Shown one piece after another: positions 62,601-64,000 of a stretch of 64,000 nt of DNA. The notes below the pieces were generated by a model. That model was not told the DNA's origin and ran no database searches. It was given only the letters and a program-made list of their open reading frames with translations. The translations under genes were made by a program, and so were the position numbers. The stretch is from Clostridia bacterium (GTDB taxonomy: Bacteria; Bacillota; Clostridia; Oscillospirales; CAG-272), in NCBI GenBank assembly GCA_017403155.1, contig JAFQOP010000017.1:17023-81022 (forward strand), written 5' to 3'. Numbering within the stretch: position 1 is the stretch's first letter; every line of letters starts with the position of its first letter.

Positions 62601-64000
62601 GCGGTTATGTTATACAGATACGCGGTGCTTACTCCTGATATCGTCATAGCTCCGCCAAGACCTGCGGAGGTGTTCTGTATGAAGGATGAGGAGTGAACGG
62701 TTGTTTCCGTGCCGCCCGTGTATATGTAAAGCGCTCCCGCGTTTGCGGTATTGCTTTCAAGACATGAGTTGCCAATAAAGCTTGAGCCGTATATGGTTGT
62801 GGTGGCATCGCTGCCGAGATAAATCGCGCTTCCGCCCTTTGCCACGCCGTTCTTCACGGTGCTGTTATACAGTGAAAGGGTAGAGCCTATTGAGTATATC
62901 GTACCGCCGTTTCCCGTTGCGGTGTTGCCCTGCGCATCGAGCTTGTTTACGGTTGCAACCGTTCCCTCAAGCATATATATTCCGCCGCCTGCGCTTGCGG
63001 AGCTTTCGACCAGCTCTGCCTTGTCGATACCGAGGGTGGCACCCGAAGCATAAACCGTACCACCGTAGGAGGTCGCCGTGTTTTCCTTGAACGAGCAGCT
63101 CTTTACCTGCGCGCAGGAGGTGGATGCAATAGCAATCGCACCGCCGCTCTTTGCGCTGTTCTTCTCGAAGCCTACACCCAGTAGGGATACGTCGTTTTCT
63201 ATATCAAGCTCGTTGTGTCCCGTTGCATACACGGCACCTCCGCTACCCGTTGCCGTGTTGGCGATAAACGAGGAGTCGGTGAGATTAAGTGCGGAATAAT
63301 TTCCCGATACGTATACCGAGCCACCGTTGGAGGCACTGTTGCCTTCAAACACGGTATCCTGACCGGAGGTTCTTCCCGAGGAGAATATAGCACCGCCGTT
63401 TGAGCCCGCACTGTTGCCGTAGAACAAAACGCCGCTTGTAACAAGGTCGTTGTTGCCGCCAAGGTAGAGCTTTGCAGAGCTGCTCGCAGGCAGATATATA
63501 GCTCCGCCGTTGGTGCTTGCCGAGTTGTTTTTGATAGTTGCGGAGTATATGTAGAGTGAGCGATAGTTGTAGAACACGCCCGCTCTGTTTGCCGCTCCGC
63601 CCTCAAACAAGCCACCGTAAACGTTCATGGTGGCATAGTTGTAGAACATACCGCCGTATATCGACTCGCCCGTGGTGTTTACGGTGTTGTCAGTATATGT
63701 ACCGCCGTAAACGTTCATAAAGCTGCTCTTTGACAAAATTGCAACCGAGCCGCCTATATTTGCAATATTCGTGAGCGAGTATATCTCGTTTGCCGCCCTG
63801 TCGTTGCCAACCTTCTTGCAGCTTGTAACGGTAAGGTTGTCATAAAGGTCGCACTGCGCCTCGGGGCAAACGAAGAACACCGTTCCAACAACGTCAACGG
63901 TCATATTCTCGCTGTTGCCGTTAATCGTAAGTCCGCCCGAGGTATCACCGTTGAATCCGCCGATAGAGAGTGTAACCTGCTCCTCGCAAAGATTGTTCTC
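52970..64000 (-). CDS. Giant multidomain protein (partial; N-terminus beyond the window): Pmp-type beta-helix supermodules + PLD-like domain + 4 LamG modules + degenerate SGNH domain
   Basis: The reading frame stays open from 63904 to the window edge: ENNLCEEQVTLSIGGFNGDTSGGLTINGNSEN precedes the first Met. That upstream sequence parallels an internal repeat (LTVDGNKDNMTVDV..), so the true start lies upstream and the protein is at least 3,676 aa. Confidence 0.9.
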   Translation of the reverse strand, partial: ENNLCEEQVTLSIGGFNGDTSGGLTINGNSENMTVDVVGTVFFVCPEAQCDLYDNLTVTSCKKVGNDRAANEIYSLTNIANIGGSVAILSKSSFMNVYGGTYTDNTVNTTGESIYGGMFYNYATMNVYGGLFEGGAANRAGVFYNYRSLYIYSATIKNNSASTNGGAIYLPASSSAKLYLGGNNDLVTSGVLFYGNSAGSNGGAIFSSGRTSGQDTVFEGNSASNGGSVYVSGNYSALNLTDSSFIANTATGSGGAVYATGHNELDIENDVSLLGVGFEKNSAKSGGAIAIASTSCAQVKSCSFKENTATSYGGTVYASGATLGIDKAELVESSASAGGGIYMLEGTVATVNKLDAQGNTATGNGGTIYSIGSTLSLYNSTVKNGVAKGGSAIYLGSDATTTIYGSSFIGNSCLESNTANAGALYIYTGGTETTVHSSSFIQNTSAGLGGAMTISGVSTAYLYNITAIDNSAAKGGFLYETSAGTVVTASGITVSGNTASVGGPIIWGNTTNAKLYINKDNFVDLDVSGSLPDDYWSGAIVNSLKVYDSDAAIPPYTDHSGEIVDGLWSAAIVRDFDALKAALASGAPYIKVVNDIEISETLYVTSSTVIFSTVPCTLTRADGFGGNLIVVGKDGDGAYTDASVVLTLGLSTSANADFLSIVGGEGESVIVVASGSQADIYENATVRGAIGADGSAISIEANATVNVYGGKIENNTSGANGVIFNNGTLNINGGSIIGNIADMGGAIYNIGTLNIHGGRIENNTARLGGAVYSLGLLIADGGSITANTATECGGAVYVSEGSVELGCELLENSAVLGGAIYAVGGAASLANATFTANTATNGGAICIESDAALVDLLGAEFNKNNADLGGALYLSGADFDIKECDFTENTALCGGAIYVENANLSVTECTFNQNGATNGGAVYTSGAPVVLGGVNATRNSADENGGFIYAADTVISSAQNTFRENEADKGAAVYVYEGSLTTTSDTFESGYAFEGGAIYAECSDITVSGASFTANCADYNGGAVALDGSEAYISNTSKFTANSAANDGGAIHAVDSTLTSYGTYLNGNTSRQNGGAIAITDATVARIYTTVFTANSAKRNAGAVYASGDATVITLQLCDFGENSAANGGAVATVNGATAYIYSVKAERNDAGRGGFLYISGRGSCATVIGIAVSSNSAKNGQLVYGDNAEAVLNINKSSYSDAENPVFDAKYWEATLYGTLTINNVYDDVPEFIEEGNEPAGDLTDATDVSNADELEAALAAGRRKIRIIADFEIDRTFYITYNVTIFSTARHILTRSPDFGGDVFVVGEHGDGTNSMLAKADARLVLGNPSSDSPALLTVDGNKDNMTVDVTGSVIFICGGAIADIYENVSVINCYKVGNEKAYNEQYRLSRPNRVGGSVAIIAFGTLNVYGGSFNNNSIRPEDTSDEELRNSTLGGVFYNKGNLKIYGGVFEGNTGARGGVVYNYGVIKLYGGSFISNHATVSGGVYYSPSYSTTQLNIGYSSDTPILFKDNTAQSNGGAIYSTFLNGVVIYGNTTFDGNSAISGSGGAIYTSSTFTVKNTVFSSNTAKSRGGAVFVTRSSDNYVTRLVRFDSCSFIGNSASTGGALSIYSSDSDFESGAIVTTNACKFISNSSLGSGGAICTERKSTLTVNGTEFDSNSAAAEGAALYVIGESTVNINGSELLSGSAASHGGAISVRSSTLNISTTAIEGNYSDKNGGAIYIAYSSDIERNAKVTITDSTIKDNESDNGGAIYATRRAIENDTEVLTVRSTDFAGNVAKDSGGALLLTASVDVYMKDVTFVANSITKKTDGAGGAIHAGKSTLEIDGGVFTKNTSACVGGAISLGEGAGITLNNVTASRNSARTNGGFVYSTLGELTVYNSTVNNNTSNMGAGMYLYEGAVSSIYNTEFKSNKCTENGAALFIYTGGTRTVINGCDFERNSSSNFGGGLYISNKSDVQIHNATATGNSAVKGGFMYETTSGTVVELAALTVSGNTATGGSVIWGNTKNAVLNIDKTQYVDLDTETVLDDAYWQTAIEGALTVNDTPLTLSAAEVYTSYTEPTRNTVGKQSASVNDIFDLAINSSDGYINSTYDKFPVLDNSSNFMSRGTTVFENINGGTVTVDTFVYPKYSTAHNMTVGEALMIYQAMLYKQAYPDEEVYIDISSYRFSVQTAVNINRNSRYFGYTRALYTENYDEFGFVRVAYLLVSAAKMGIHVNVLGHREGYPIKDYGVVPSTFEGYFSAYYNDYCDPDYAPYGTISDYLSYCYFDWTLSEGGKGGTDMMHTKLCAVSHYIDMNGEIHRNAVWTSSSNLDGIKDAGYNANWKLQTATIVSDHEDIYRISVNYLRLMPKYGDQEGIVEFQNVMNVETTKQIDLILEGKYEEIPEDERLVYIGTENDDVFEMYFTPFGGDILSWSEIYNPYCKYMRELYNSEDYIIFTWNAAEYSGSFSLAQQLEQMLIDAFHKNKNPNNKIYVNMESFDPTTFDDLEVGVDIGFKSINQWPLGAIHNKDVQFSYVKDGVRYYVSLLNSLNLHAGSMYYQSNSALVIKETTCSENSVFSIVARYSTNAELVTHTLEDTERVEASETEHGYIYKVCSCCGHKEIYETLHSLGEWTVDRIATPEENGIRYRRCVVCDEIIVTEETKYNGSAINPESNTGISFVGGSPIPVYVDKAPLTIEATVLLDKSYSQRGGVIVGNYSSYEDENAINLEIYSQGRVRLFYITNGIRTDILFAEDIRSTEPVHLAVTVDGDFVRLYVNGVLSETVEIHTPLPEIDKNMVVGADNRSVLPQVFKGKIYSVALFDRVRSCEEILTDKEYVSAAAPGVLYSSYFSSSDEPTYITGNTTGTQFKQNSLTELEVSESTVGTIEFTAMIPTSHEERAGVILGNYTDGTKDTLNLEIAAGGRLRLYYINGGVKHDYTFATDIRSDTPISIALVAADLEISLYVNGSLAETLTVEGALPTMSGAYAIGGDYRADNVQYFKGTLYSLNIFSTARSEAEIISDMTVVTDKSEGLIYSTYFTEKGNSSYNGQSFNSNVIGSTDCTIDKTPLTFEAIIQLSKDCNGRGGIIVSNNFKSKPIVSFEVYKEGKLRLYFVNGTTTVDCRFDTDVRSDKPIHVALTVDGTTAYLYINGVLTEVKELALPLPEASDNFYIGGDFRPDNTQYFKGTIYSVGLFESVRSAEQIMQDMLGTADGDGLLFYTEYINADENQVNDIHGNVHFEILAEPTADCDGLGKLICSDCGRVVRIYSIPYTPDTVNSNTHTDSALMGGEYFVVEGNLTDAPKTFEIELQLSPSITDRGGVILGNYDGTASGRMNLEIYTNGAPRLWYKKNGVSYSYIFNVDIRSEKSVHLTFTIDGTSASLYVNGIFAESVTLASEVPYDGSTFFIATDQRITAQSFKGKIYSVAMFADVRGAEEIAHDRIMVTGDSHALLFSKHFGASEGIQIKGYWADKNAIFVGDGITAGIGCEGDKYWQLLEQMLEFGSVSTVTSTEGTVSSTGTGSAECDSLTDIYDTVPEADLITIFMGTNDYGYDTPIGAITDTSDVSFLGALNVIIPALQAKYPNARIVFITPLHRYGYGVNSATGETHTYDSIPNGAGHTLEDYVNAIIEACAKYGVDVIDLYNELELDPESEETREYYMEDGLHPNTAGHRLIAEFLEHALNALCEEGEQ
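53720..56060 (-). repeat. Four tandem LamG / concanavalin-A-like (Laminin_G_3-type) modules
   Basis: Each module of about 180 aa contains ..RGG(V/I)I(V/L)(G/S)N(Y/F).., LNLEIY..G..RL(F/Y/W)Y, D(I/V)RS..P(V/I)H(L/V)A(V/L)T(V/I)DG....LY(V/I)NG, and the ending FKG.IYS(V/L)..F...RS.EEI. Confidence 0.7.
56240..57790 (-). other. Phospholipase-D-superfamily-like domain with two HxK motifs
   Basis: The first motif is MMHTKLCAVSH...WTSSSNLD (H2255 at 57140-57142). The second is AIHNKDVQFSY...LLNSLNLHAGS (H2479 at 56468-56470). In both, Ser occupies the position of the canonical Asp. Confidence 0.5.
57800..64000 (-). repeat. Polymorphic-membrane-protein (Pmp)-type parallel beta-helix repeats arranged in at least 3 supermodules
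   Basis: Dozens of GGA(I/V)(Y/F) plus F..N(S/T)A units. Supermodules end with WGNTTNAKLYINKDNF (W475, 62480), YGDNAEAVLNINKSSY (Y1153, 60446) and WGNTKNAVLNIDKTQY (W1974, 57983). A recurring cap/linker is ..ALKAALASGAPYIKVVNDIEI.. (62221-62280) and ..ELEAALAAGRRKIRIIADFEI.. (60181-60250). Confidence 0.75.

Overview
This 64-kb window looks like a chromosomal segment of a Gram-positive, Clostridia-like anaerobe. That assignment is an inference from Shine-Dalgarno-driven starts, lipoprotein boxes, BspA-type LRR and Listeria-Bacteroides-repeat proteins, and an rsmG/ParB-like gene pair.

Layout:
- 1-12.6 kb: mostly minus-strand housekeeping and transport genes. These are fumC, a ParB-HTH-only protein, rsmG, an SGNH esterase (plus strand), a Na/Pi-PhoU transporter, an AGE-epimerase two-gene operon and an AzgA-type purine permease. 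A compact three-gene operon follows: macrodomain fragment, unknown Cys-rich protein, radical SAM.
- 12.6-13.1 kb: a 517-bp AT-rich divergent promoter region.
- 13.1-52.9 kb: 18 co-directional plus-strand genes in two blocks.
  - Block 1 (13.1-37.6 kb) has a 2544-aa envelope subtilase fused to Big_2 and about 35 BspA-type LRRs, a translationally coupled lipoprotein, a complete Opp/Dpp-type ABC importer with an oversized binding protein and permease, and a 2740-aa LRR lipoprotein.
  - Block 2 (37.8-52.9 kb) is a MoxR / DUF58 / BatA-vWA operon. It is extended by an LRR lipoprotein, a 1093-aa orphan lipoprotein, a TIM-barrel isomerase-like enzyme and an untracked 55-codon Cys-rich ORF.
- 52.97-64.0 kb (minus, running off the window): a protein of at least 3,676 aa. 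It combines Pmp-type beta-helix supermodules, a PLD-like HxK domain, four LamG modules and a C-terminal SGNH domain whose nucleophile Ser is replaced by Gly.

I recognised no rRNA, tRNA, CRISPR array, transposase, integrase, sortase or classical transcription factor. All family assignments rest on motif reading by eye, and domain borders are approximate (about +/-50 nt).
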